This document shows, in pieces, positions 50,790 through 60,860 of a DNA stretch of 64,000 bases (the first letter of the stretch is position 1; every line of letters starts with the position of its first letter). The stretch lies in assembly GCA_043101845.1 (NCBI GenBank), contig JBICHN010000007.1:38224-102223 (forward strand), read 5' to 3'. A program made the position numbers and the translations under genes. This stretch comes from Phycisphaerales bacterium. Its GTDB lineage: Bacteria; Planctomycetota; Phycisphaerae; Phycisphaerales; UBA5793. The notes under the pieces are model-generated. The model was not told where the DNA came from and made no database searches. It saw only the letters and a program-made list of their open reading frames with translations.

Positions 50790-51998
50790 ATGACCATTGC
50801 GCGAAGAGAACGGGCGTATGAGATTCCACCCTATTCACTAACCGGGGATGTTCTGTCGTTTCGGCGGTGTGGTCTCCAATACCGTTACTACAACCGAAGC
50901 AAGCTGCCCCCATCGCGGCCAGTCCAGATGTGGACGGGCGAGTTCCTGCACGGAGTGATGGAGGACGCGTATCGACAGTGGCCAGACAACCCACATTTCC
51001 CTTGGCCGTTTGTCGAAGCTATCGATGGCCTACCGAGGCTTGACGAGCCAGCACCTGATGAATGGCCCCGAAACCACGTGGGTAGGATGGGACTGCGTAT
51101 GGAGAAGCATCTGGCAGCTGCAGGGCGCAGTTCCCGCAACGCGCAAGCACGATTCAATGCGTATCGAAGAGCAGCAGAGGCGATCAATGTTCTGGGTCCC
51201 GACCTCTTTCCGCTAATCACGACTGCGGAAGAGCCAATTTCGGGCACCCGTCCGATTGTGTTGCCTGCCAACTCACCGCGAAATGCAGACAGATATGAAC
51301 TGAATGGCATCGTGGATGTGATTTCGAGTGTCCGACTTCAGGAACATCAGGACAATGATCTCGTTGCGATGCTGGCCGAACACCTTCCCGACGAGGATGA
51401 GGTGTTCGACGTTATTGTCGACTACAAAGGCATGCGCAGACCCTCTCGCGGCGTCCAGAATGATCCAATCTGGGATGATCACGCTTGGCAGATCCAAACG
51501 TATGCCTGGCTTCGTAGCAAGAGGGAAGATCGGGCGCGCGTCGGGTGTGGTCTCATCATCTACCTGAACGAACTCTACCCGTCGCGTCAGGACATGAAAG
51601 CGTTGCGCGCCGATCGAGAAAACGGGACATCCGACGTGCTCCCTCCGAGGGGGTCCGCCGACGACTACGCCATTTTGGGAGTCGCAGCAAATGCGGATGA
51701 AGATGGGGACGAGCCAACCGATGCAGCCTTGTCACTTGCATTCCGTCTCGAACGGGCGGTGCGCGTCATCGGCGTTGACGAACAGAGCCAGCAGAACGCC
51801 GTGGATCGGATTCACGCGGTTGTCGAGGACATTGAAGAACGCGTAAGTCGCGAGCACGCCGATGGAGAGATTCGCAACAACTGGCCCGCGAACGGACGCC
51901 ACCGGGACTGTGTCGCGTGCGACTTCAATGACACATGCCCGCAGCCCGCATGGGTCCGCGATGGACTAGCCAGAACGCCACCGCGAGCACCCGGCTAA
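50790..51998 (+). CDS. PD-(D/E)xK nuclease, Cas4/RecB-family-like, with a 4Fe-4S Cys cluster
   Basis: D…DYK core (IVDVIS…VIVDYKG); N-terminal Cys plus C-terminal CxxCx5C (CVACDFNDTC) as in Cas4/AddB nucleases; 10-bp gap to the helicase gene. Confidence 0.6.
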   Translation: MTIARRERAYEIPPYSLTGDVLSFRRCGLQYRYYNRSKLPPSRPVQMWTGEFLHGVMEDAYRQWPDNPHFPWPFVEAIDGLPRLDEPAPDEWPRNHVGRMGLRMEKHLAAAGRSSRNAQARFNAYRRAAEAINVLGPDLFPLITTAEEPISGTRPIVLPANSPRNADRYELNGIVDVISSVRLQEHQDNDLVAMLAEHLPDEDEVFDVIVDYKGMRRPSRGVQNDPIWDDHAWQIQTYAWLRSKREDRARVGCGLIIYLNELYPSRQDMKALRADRENGTSDVLPPRGSADDYAILGVAANADEDGDEPTDAALSLAFRLERAVRVIGVDEQSQQNAVDRIHAVVEDIEERVSREHADGEIRNNWPANGRHRDCVACDFNDTCPQPAWVRDGLARTPPRAPG

Positions 51999-52004
51999 TC
52001 GAAT

Positions 52005-52373
52005 CTAGCCGGAGTAAACACACCCCGCGGTCTCCGTCTCGCGAACCTCAATCCGCGATAACCCCGGCACCACTCCATCGAGTTGCCCCCAAATCCACCG
52101 CGCGAGATTCTCAACGGTGGTCACGCCAATCTCCTCGATGTCGTTGAGATTCTGGTGATCCAGACGCTTGATCACCGGCTCAACCGCGCGCTTGAGATCA
52201 GCAAAGTCAATGATCCAGCCCGTCTCCGGGTCGACCTCACCCGACACATACACGATAAGCCGATACGAATGCCCATGGACATTCCGGCACTTGTGTCCCT
52301 CTGGCAGATGCGGCAACGAATGCGCCGCCTCAAACTTGAACTCCTTGTAGATCTCCAACGAAACGGCTCCCAA
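52005..52373 (-). CDS. queD: 6-carboxy-5,6,7,8-tetrahydropterin synthase
   Basis: 122 aa, near-colinear with E. coli QueD, including the CxxxHGH motif (CRNVHGHSY) and the C-terminal TAGCVY. Confidence 0.9.
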   Translation of the reverse strand: MGAVSLEIYKEFKFEAAHSLPHLPEGHKCRNVHGHSYRLIVYVSGEVDPETGWIIDFADLKRAVEPVIKRLDHQNLNDIEEIGVTTVENLARWIWGQLDGVVPGLSRIEVRETETAGCVYSG

Positions 52374-52679
52374 TCGAGGTCATCAGCTCAGACGCGAGGT
52401 CGCCATCATCGTGGCTCCCGGCGCTGCGTCAAGTCGACGCGCTGCCCGCCATGACCGCTCATCTGCGTAGCCGCGCACGGCGTTCCCCACTCGCTCATCA
52501 TTTCGGGGCCTCCACCTCATTCGTCCGAAAAAATCGCGCTCCGCTCGCCGCCCCGCCCGTCCGGCCGGCAGGTTAAGCAGTGTGATGACCCGTCACGGCG
52601 TCGACACGCCACTGGAGATCTGCCCGCCGATCAAAAGAAGCCAGGCCACCGCCATCGCATCCGCCGGGGTCCGAGGAGT

Positions 52680-53447
52680 TTGATCATGCCGACGAAACGC
52701 CCGCGCCAGATTCCGCCACACGACGACGATGACCACACCGACCGTGGACGAATCCACGCCGCGTCCACCACGGCGCCGAAGACTCCCGCGACAACCACCG
52801 CCGCCACCGCCGCCTCCGCCGCGGCCCTCACCGTCGAACAGATCTGCGCCCGGGCCTTCGCGGCCGACCATAACAACGATAACGACGACGAACGAATCGA
52901 CGCCCGCGTCCGCTTCTTGCTCATCCTCCTGAGCGACCAGTGCGAACACGCCTGGCTCGAGGTCCTCCGTCAGGTCCAGCCCTTCACCCGTTCGCTCGCC
53001 CGGCGCCTCGACCCGCACAACGCGGCCGACCTCGCGCTCGAACTCGGTCAGGAAATCGTTGCCGCGTTCCGCGAACGGATCTTCAACTTCGAGTCGCAGA
53101 AGAACCTGCGCGACCGGCTCGCCGACATCGCGATCAATGTCTACCGCAAGCGCCTCCGCGCCGAGCGCCGCTGGCGCGCCGTCGTCGCGCAGCTCATCGA
53201 CGATTACCGGCGCGGTCGCTCGGTCTCGCTCGCGGATCGGCTCATCGCCCGGACGCTGCTCGAACGCCTCCGCCGCGCGGTCGAATCGCTCGAGCCGACC
53301 GACCAGGCGATCGTCACGATGCGCATCGCCGATGACATGACCTTCGTCGACATCGCCGCGTGTCTCGGCCATGCGCTGAGCCCCGATGCGGTCGCCGATC
53401 ACTACCGCGCCGCGTTGCGCGACCTTCGAGACTGGTTCGAGACCTGA
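52680..53447 (+). CDS. ECF-type RNA polymerase sigma factor (with low-complexity N-terminal extension)
   Basis: Region-2-like (…QEIVAAFRERIFNF…) and region-4 HTH-like (…AIVTMRIADDMTFVDIAACLG…) segments. Confidence 0.5.
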   Translation: MIMPTKRPRQIPPHDDDDHTDRGRIHAASTTAPKTPATTTAATAASAAALTVEQICARAFAADHNNDNDDERIDARVRFLLILLSDQCEHAWLEVLRQVQPFTRSLARRLDPHNAADLALELGQEIVAAFRERIFNFESQKNLRDRLADIAINVYRKRLRAERRWRAVVAQLIDDYRRGRSVSLADRLIARTLLERLRRAVESLEPTDQAIVTMRIADDMTFVDIAACLGHALSPDAVADHYRAALRDLRDWFET

Positions 53448-53461
53448 ACCGGAGAACGACC

Positions 53462-54439
53462 ATGCCTTCGGGATTGAACAACACACTGCTCGACCCGCCG
53501 CGCCGCGCGTTCGGCGCCGCGGACGAACTCGTCTTCCGCCGGCGATCAAACGACCCGGGAGGAGCGCCGACCGACCCGCCGGGAGCAGCGGCGGGGGGGC
53601 GAACCCTCGTGCCGTGCAACCACGAGAGCGAACGAACCGAAACAATCGAGCCGGCCGGGTGGACCGCGGCCGGCTCGTCGCATTCCGGCCTCGACCGCGG
53701 TGGCCCGCCCGTCGCGCTGGCGCGCGACGACGATCACCGCCCCGATCCCGATGACGACGACGCCCTCGTGACCGCCGGCGTCCGCGCGCTCGTCGCCGAC
53801 GGCCGCCTCCGCTCGTCCGACGACTGGATGGTGTTGCTCGAGATCGCGCGCGTCGGCGGAGGAGGCGGTGGCGCCGCCGACACCTGCGGCGACCTTCACA
53901 ATCATGACGCGTTCGACCACGACGCCACGAGCGCCGGCGCGTCCGTCGGCGCCGCGCTTCCCGGCGTCGAGGGCCTCGACCTCTCGAAGCGCCCGTTGCG
54001 CTCCATCGATCGCCTGCGTGACTGCTCGAAACTCCGCTGGCTCTCGCTCGACCGGACCTGGGTGAATGACTTGCGCCCGCTCGCCGGCGCCGATCGTCTC
54101 GAGACACTCTCCCTCATCGGCGCGCCCGTGACCGATGTCCGCCCGATCGCCGAGCTCCCGCGTCTGAGGCGGCTCTACCTCGACGAAACCCTCGTCGAAG
54201 ATGTGCTGCCCCTCGTGATGTCGCCGGCGCTCGAGTATGTCTCACTCCTCGGCGCCCAGGTGAACATCGACCACGCGACCGAACTCCAGTGGGCGCTTAA
54301 CCGCCGCCACTCCCGCCGCCGCGACCACGACCCTGAGCAGCAGCAGCACGAGAGCAGCGCACAAGATCGATCGCCCGCCTCCTCCCCCGAACCCCCGCGC
54401 CGCTCTTCCCCCGTAGTCGACACCGGCGGCGGCCACTGA
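53462..54439 (+). CDS. Leucine-rich-repeat protein (possible sigma-factor partner)
   Basis: LRR units LxxLxxLxLxxTxVxDxxPL repeated four times; overlaps or abuts the sigma-factor gene. Confidence 0.5.
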   Translation: MPSGLNNTLLDPPRRAFGAADELVFRRRSNDPGGAPTDPPGAAAGGRTLVPCNHESERTETIEPAGWTAAGSSHSGLDRGGPPVALARDDDHRPDPDDDDALVTAGVRALVADGRLRSSDDWMVLLEIARVGGGGGGAADTCGDLHNHDAFDHDATSAGASVGAALPGVEGLDLSKRPLRSIDRLRDCSKLRWLSLDRTWVNDLRPLAGADRLETLSLIGAPVTDVRPIAELPRLRRLYLDETLVEDVLPLVMSPALEYVSLLGAQVNIDHATELQWALNRRHSRRRDHDPEQQQHESSAQDRSPASSPEPPRRSSPVVDTGGGH

Positions 54440-54456
54440 CAGAGCAAAACAAAACT

Positions 54457-54480
54457 CCCCTCCCTCCAAAGAGGGAGGGG
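54457..54480 (+). terminator. Terminator-like hairpin cccctccctc-caaa-gagggagggg
   Basis: Perfect 10-bp stem immediately after the stop at 54439. Confidence 0.5.
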
Positions 54481-54828
54481 CCGGGGGAGGATGGCTCGTT
54501 CAGTATCAAAACCAAACCCCGCCCGCCTCGCCTGGCGGCGCCCCTCGGCCCAACGGTGGCACAGGCCTCTGAGCCTGTACGAACCGCCGCAAGATCCGCG
54601 CTCTCCGTATCTCTCTTCGTCGCCCCGGCGCACTCCGTCTCTTCACTCCGGACCTCCGCCCCTCCGTGCCCCCGTGCCTTCGTGCCTCCGTGCCTTCTCT
54701 CCCCACTCACACTCCCCACCCCACAAGCGCCTCTCTTGTATGGATGGATGGAGGAATGCCTCTTCCGTTCGTTTGTTCGTTCGAACGACCCACCATCCAC
54801 ACAACCCACGGGTAGGAGAGGAGAACCC

Positions 54829-55116
54829 ATGCCCGTCTTCACGTTCTCCGCCACGCTTCCGCCGCGCGGCGTGCATCGGTGGTGGACCGGCGGCGGCGAT
54901 TACTACGACCACGATCACTTCCCCCAGTTCGACGCGCGGCCGCGACCATACCCCGGACTCTGGCCGCCCGGGTCGGAACTCTCGCCCGCCCTCATCTACA
55001 AGGACTTCGCCTGCGCCATTCACGACACCTGGCCCTACCTCGCGACCTACTTCGTCACCGTCGAAAACCCGTCCGACCGCGCCGTCTCCTATGACATGAG
55101 GATCTACGTCCCATGA
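54829..55116 (+). CDS. Hypothetical small protein
   Basis: 95-aa ORF with host codon usage; its stop overlaps the next start (ATGA). Confidence 0.3.
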   Translation: MPVFTFSATLPPRGVHRWWTGGGDYYDHDHFPQFDARPRPYPGLWPPGSELSPALIYKDFACAIHDTWPYLATYFVTVENPSDRAVSYDMRIYVP

Positions 55117-55745
55117 CCACGAACCGAAACAAGAAGAAGAGTGGCGAACCGAAGAAGAAGAAGTTAACCACCACGGCGCGGAGCGGCGATCGAAGTGACG
55201 GTCGCGGCGCCGGTCAGAGCGCGAGCTCGCGCCCCGGTACGAGCCGCGCCGTCTCGACCTCGGCCTACGCGACGCCGCCGCATCTCGAGAGGGAAGTGGA
55301 GAAGGGGGCGCCGGCGCGGCCACGACCCCGCGCAATGGTCCATCACACGACCGACGGCCGCATCGTCTCGGTGATCATGACGAGCGCCGCCGGAAGTGCT
55401 GCCGGGGGTGGCGACGGCGATGGCGGCTTCGACCCCGGACGCGCGGCGCCGCCCGCCGGGGTTCTCCCGCCCCTCGTCGGCGACTACGGCATGGTCGGCC
55501 GGGATGCGACGATCGAGGTCTCGGAGATCGAACTCCCCGACGACCTGCGCGGCCTCGACCCGCTCGAAATCCACGAACGCTTCCGTGTGTCGTTCGACCA
55601 GGGCGCCAGCCGTTCCGGGAAAGTCGCGTCGACCACGATGAAGAAGGGAAAGGGGTCGAAGCAGGCGTCCGCCCACGCGCCGACTCTCATCCCGATCGAG
55701 CCCCCCGACAACAAGAGGGGAAGGCTGAAATCCAAGAGGAAATGA
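55113..55745 (+). CDS. Hypothetical Lys/Arg-rich protein
   Basis: Translationally coupled to the upstream small ORF; basic N- and C-termini. Confidence 0.3.
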   Translation: MTTNRNKKKSGEPKKKKLTTTARSGDRSDGRGAGQSASSRPGTSRAVSTSAYATPPHLEREVEKGAPARPRPRAMVHHTTDGRIVSVIMTSAAGSAAGGGDGDGGFDPGRAAPPAGVLPPLVGDYGMVGRDATIEVSEIELPDDLRGLDPLEIHERFRVSFDQGASRSGKVASTTMKKGKGSKQASAHAPTLIPIEPPDNKRGRLKSKRK

Positions 55746-55789
55746 GATCGACGAACGAACCCCGCGAGACTGGCCCCCACCAACCGACC

Positions 55790-55845
55790 CTCCACGCCGG
55801 AGATAAGGCCCGGCGTTCTCCGGATTCGACGCCCGACCCACCCGA
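55790..55845. repeat. Hairpin repeat-family unit (ccggagataaggcccggcgttctccggattcgacgcccga)
   Basis: Matches units at 606-660 and inside the 46224-46470 tandem array. Confidence 0.6.
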
Positions 55846-56105
55846 CGCGTGAATCCGTCACATGCCAAGTCGGATCGGGAGCCCGACACGCTCCGCGCCG
55901 ACGATCGGAGGTCTGGCGGCTACCCGCGTCGAGCCCTCCACGCCTCTGACACCGTTCGCTTGTCTCGACGCGAACCATCGCTAACCATAACGTTGTCCAC
56001 CGCTTACGACCGGTACGGAGAATCTTCGGCCGGGCCTCGAACCGGAGCGGGCGAGCGGGCGTAGAGAAGGCTGGACATTTGGGCGGAGAAAGTTGGCTCG
56101 CCGCC

Positions 56106-56133
56106 TTGACTGTCCGACCCGCTGAGTTATGAT
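56106..56133 (+). promoter_or_regulatory. Putative sigma-70 rRNA promoter TTGACT-N16-TATGAT, with a boxA-like element at ~56204-56218 (gctctttgaaaag)
   Basis: Near-consensus -35 and -10 elements ~440 bp upstream of the 16S 5' end. Confidence 0.5.
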
Positions 56134-56572
56134 CCTCACGCTCGCCGCGGGGCACGACGCTTTGCGGCGACGGGTATCTTGTCGCCTGTGAGAGGCGATG
56201 GGATCTGCTCTTTGAAAAGTGAACAGTTGGGAATACGACGCCGCGAGGATGTGCCGTAACTCCGAGTCTTTCACAAGGTTCGGCGGTTGCGGGATCCCAT
56301 GGCGCGAGAATCACAGCTCGCGTCGGGAAGCATCCTTGTGACGCCCCAATTCTTTGAATGAGGAATTGTGAGGTGACGGATGATTCCGGAACTGTCCCGT
56401 CGATCTTAGCCGACGACGGGGCCCGGTGGCGCCTGCGGACATGTGTGCGTGCATACATGGGAGTGGGTGTCACGGGAAGACCGGCCCGATCGGACTAAGC
56501 CCCGGTCGGGTGACCAGGTCGACCTTCATCTGACGCATTCCGGCTTCTTCGGAAGTCGGAGCGATGATAATC

Positions 56573-58091
<1,519 letters not shown>

Positions 58092-58830
58092 GATACCTTA
58101 GACGCGGTCCGAGAGCGATCTCAACCGCGATACAAGTCAACGCAGCCTCGTCCGCTAAGACCCTCACCGGTCCGGCGGAAACGCACGCGGCGACGCGTGC
58201 GGATGGCGCCGAATTCCCCAACTGTTCGCAATATAACCAGCAACCCCGGCTGACTTAGCTCAGTCGGGGTTGTTGTGTTTAAGGCGGAAGGCACGGGGGC
58301 ACGGGGGCACGGAGGCACGGAGGGAAGAGACGGAGAGACGGGGAGGCGGAGAGACGAAGTGTGCGGGAGGGACGGAGGCACGAAGGCACGGGGGCACGAC
58401 GGGAAGAGACGGGGAGACGAAGAGACGGGGGCGCGGGGAGGGGCAGAGGAATATCTCAGATCTGAGATTTGAGATCTGAGATTCTTATGCGGCCGAGTCA
58501 GGGGCATCGACACTGTGCGGCTTTGAGAACTCGCCGCGCAAAGACACGCCTGAGCTCCGACAAATCTCAAGGGATACCGCGTGATTTCGAGTCGCATCAA
58601 ATACATACCAGCAGACCTTCGCTCGCCGGCGCCAGCGCCCGACATGACAAACGAGGCCCCCGCGTGATTCCGCTATGACTTTCTGGTAAGGTGTGCCGCG
58701 TGGGCGCATGGCGATCGTCGCCGCGCGAAACGAGAAGCACGGCGGCGTCGCGCCTTCGGTCCGTCACATTCAACCGTTCCATCCGGTCACACTTCGGCGC
58801 CTCGTTCCGGCGCCGCGCGGAGACTGCTCC

Positions 58831-59913
58831 ATGTTCGAAGATCGCGAAACGCTCTGGGTCGTTCATATCGGAAGGCAGGACGGCCTGCCGACGCGGGCCC
58901 GCGACGAAGGCTTCGTCGCCATCGGATGGCCGCGGCTTGGCGATCTTCGTCAATACAAGACGCGCGACGCCATGCGCGAGGCGATGAAGCGGGCATGGCC
59001 GAACTGGTCCGAGCATCGGGTCCGCGCCTGCTACGGCCAGGTCTTTCGCTTCGCGCACAAGATGCAGGTTGGCGACCCCGTCGTGTTTCCCATCAAGGCG
59101 ACCCGTGAGATCGCGATCGGGCGAATCTCGAGCGACTACCGGTACCACCCCAACTACCACGAGACCGACGGCGAAGACTATCCGAACTTCCGCGATGTCG
59201 AATGGCTCAAGATCGTGCCGCGCACCGCGTTTTCGAAGTCCGCGCTGCACAGCTTCGGCGCCTTCCTCTCCGTGAGCACTTCCGACGATCATCTCGAAGA
59301 GGTCATCGCCGTGCTGAACGGCCAGGACTCCTCCTCTCCTGCCGATCGCACGCCCACGATCGGGGGCGGAGTCGTCAAACGGACGCCATCCGTCTTGCCC
59401 CGGGACGACGATGAGGACGCCGACGATCCCACCGACCCCGGCATGAGCCTGCTCGAATCAGCGCAACAGGAAACTGAAGATTACCTGCTCAAGCGATGGT
59501 CGCGCACCGGCGCCGAGTTCGAGCATGTCGTCGCCGCGGTGCTCGAGGCGATCGGATACACCGCGACCGTGACGAGCGCGAGCGGCGATCACGGCGTCGA
59601 TGTCATCGCCCATCCCGACCCGCTCGGCCTCGAGCCGCCCTTCGTGAAGGTCCAGGTCAAGAGCGGGACCGGCTCGGTCGGCGAGCCGGCGGTGAGCCAG
59701 CTCCTCGGATCGCTGTCGGAGGGGGAGAAGGGGATCTGCGTCGCGCTCGGCGGCTTCACGACGCACGCGCTCTCGAAGGCCCGGAACTCATCGCGTGTGA
59801 GCCTCATCGACGCGAAACAGTTCGTCGCGCTCTTCCTCGAACACTACGAACAGATGAACCCGCTCTGGCGGGCGCGGTTCCCACTCAGCCGCGTGTATGT
59901 GCCGAGCGCGTGA
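58831..59913 (+). CDS. Mrr-family type IV restriction endonuclease (Mrr_N winged helix + Mrr_cat)
   Basis: C-terminal PD-(D/E)xK Mrr_cat (…FEHVVAAVLEAIGY…GDHGVDVIA…VQVKSG…); the start could be further upstream (58693). Confidence 0.65.
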   Translation: MFEDRETLWVVHIGRQDGLPTRARDEGFVAIGWPRLGDLRQYKTRDAMREAMKRAWPNWSEHRVRACYGQVFRFAHKMQVGDPVVFPIKATREIAIGRISSDYRYHPNYHETDGEDYPNFRDVEWLKIVPRTAFSKSALHSFGAFLSVSTSDDHLEEVIAVLNGQDSSSPADRTPTIGGGVVKRTPSVLPRDDDEDADDPTDPGMSLLESAQQETEDYLLKRWSRTGAEFEHVVAAVLEAIGYTATVTSASGDHGVDVIAHPDPLGLEPPFVKVQVKSGTGSVGEPAVSQLLGSLSEGEKGICVALGGFTTHALSKARNSSRVSLIDAKQFVALFLEHYEQMNPLWRARFPLSRVYVPSA

Positions 59914-59929
59914 GTCAGGCTTGCGACGG

Positions 59930-60466
59930 CTACTTGTTCCCAGCCGACTTGGTCGGAAACTCAAACCCGTAATACGACTCGGTCGTCTTCTCCTCTTCCC
60001 AGAGCGCCGCGACGCGCGGGTCGCTCGCGAACTGCTTCATGCCGTTCAACCAGGACTCCCAGACCGGGTCGTAGATGTACCCGGCCTTGCGGAACACCCA
60101 CTCTTCGGCGCACAGGTTGAAGTAGTCGATGAACGCGAGGCGCTCGTCTTCGTCGAGTTCGCCGCCGGCGTCCTCGAGAATCTTCTGCAGGTTGTTGTTC
60201 TGCGCGTCGTACCGCCCGTTGAAGTACTCGAGCAGTTCCTTCATGAAGCGCGCATCTTCGACATGGCCGCGATGCAGAAAGAACGCCATCGCCCAGATCG
60301 ATCCGAGCGCTGCGAAGAGCACCTCGGTATTCGCCAGCGGGCCGAGCACTTCAAACGATGAGGCCAGTGCGCCAACGCCGACCCACGCGCCGATGCAAAC
60401 GGCGGACAGCACCAGCACCCACAGCCACACACGCCGCCGATGAATCAACGGAGACTTCCGAATCAC
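59930..60466 (-). CDS. Hypothetical membrane protein
   Basis: Two predicted TM helices at the N-terminus; host codon usage. Confidence 0.45.
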   Translation of the reverse strand: MIRKSPLIHRRRVWLWVLVLSAVCIGAWVGVGALASSFEVLGPLANTEVLFAALGSIWAMAFFLHRGHVEDARFMKELLEYFNGRYDAQNNNLQKILEDAGGELDEDERLAFIDYFNLCAEEWVFRKAGYIYDPVWESWLNGMKQFASDPRVAALWEEEKTTESYYGFEFPTKSAGNK

Positions 60467-60512
60467 GGCGCGTCACTCCTTCTGCGGCGCCCAAACACCA
60501 CGGCCGGTCCCG

Positions 60513-60797
60513 TCACTTCTTCTTCATCTCACCTTCGCGCACCACGATCCGGCTTGTATCCGTTTGTACGAACAGGTTCACCGCCTTGCGCTTTCCCTCC
60601 GCGGTCGCCCGGTTGTAGCCGTTGATGTGCCCGAGCGCCTGGCCGAGCGACAGGTGCAGTTTGAGCGCTTCCTCGAAACTCAACACAAGGTTGAGCGCCT
60701 TCTTCTGCCCGGACTGGAAGTCCGGCTCCGGCCGGATGTGATCGAGCGTCGCCCCGCCGAACGACGCCGTCTTGCGCCGCGTTTCCTTCTTCGCCAT
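60513..60797 (-). CDS. Hypothetical small basic protein
   Basis: 94-aa ORF, Lys-rich at both ends. Confidence 0.3.
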   Translation of the reverse strand: MAKKETRRKTASFGGATLDHIRPEPDFQSGQKKALNLVLSFEEALKLHLSLGQALGHINGYNRATAEGKRKAVNLFVQTDTSRIVVREGEMKKK

Positions 60798-60860
60798 GGT
60801 TCGTTCACCTCCTCACGCTCGTGCTGGCGTGCACACCTGCCACACTGCATCAACCCGCCC

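Noticed and set aside
54491-55099. 202-aa plus-strand ORF through the cctccgtgc minisatellite
   Set aside because: The Pro/Ser/Arg-rich translation is driven by simple repeats; the better-supported ORF in the region starts at 54829 in another frame.
58237-58270. tRNA-like string gacttagctcagtcgggg after the 16S gene
   Set aside because: It forms a simple stem-loop (aaccccggctgac/gtcggggttg) with no acceptor or anticodon arms; no tRNA could be folded from the flanks.
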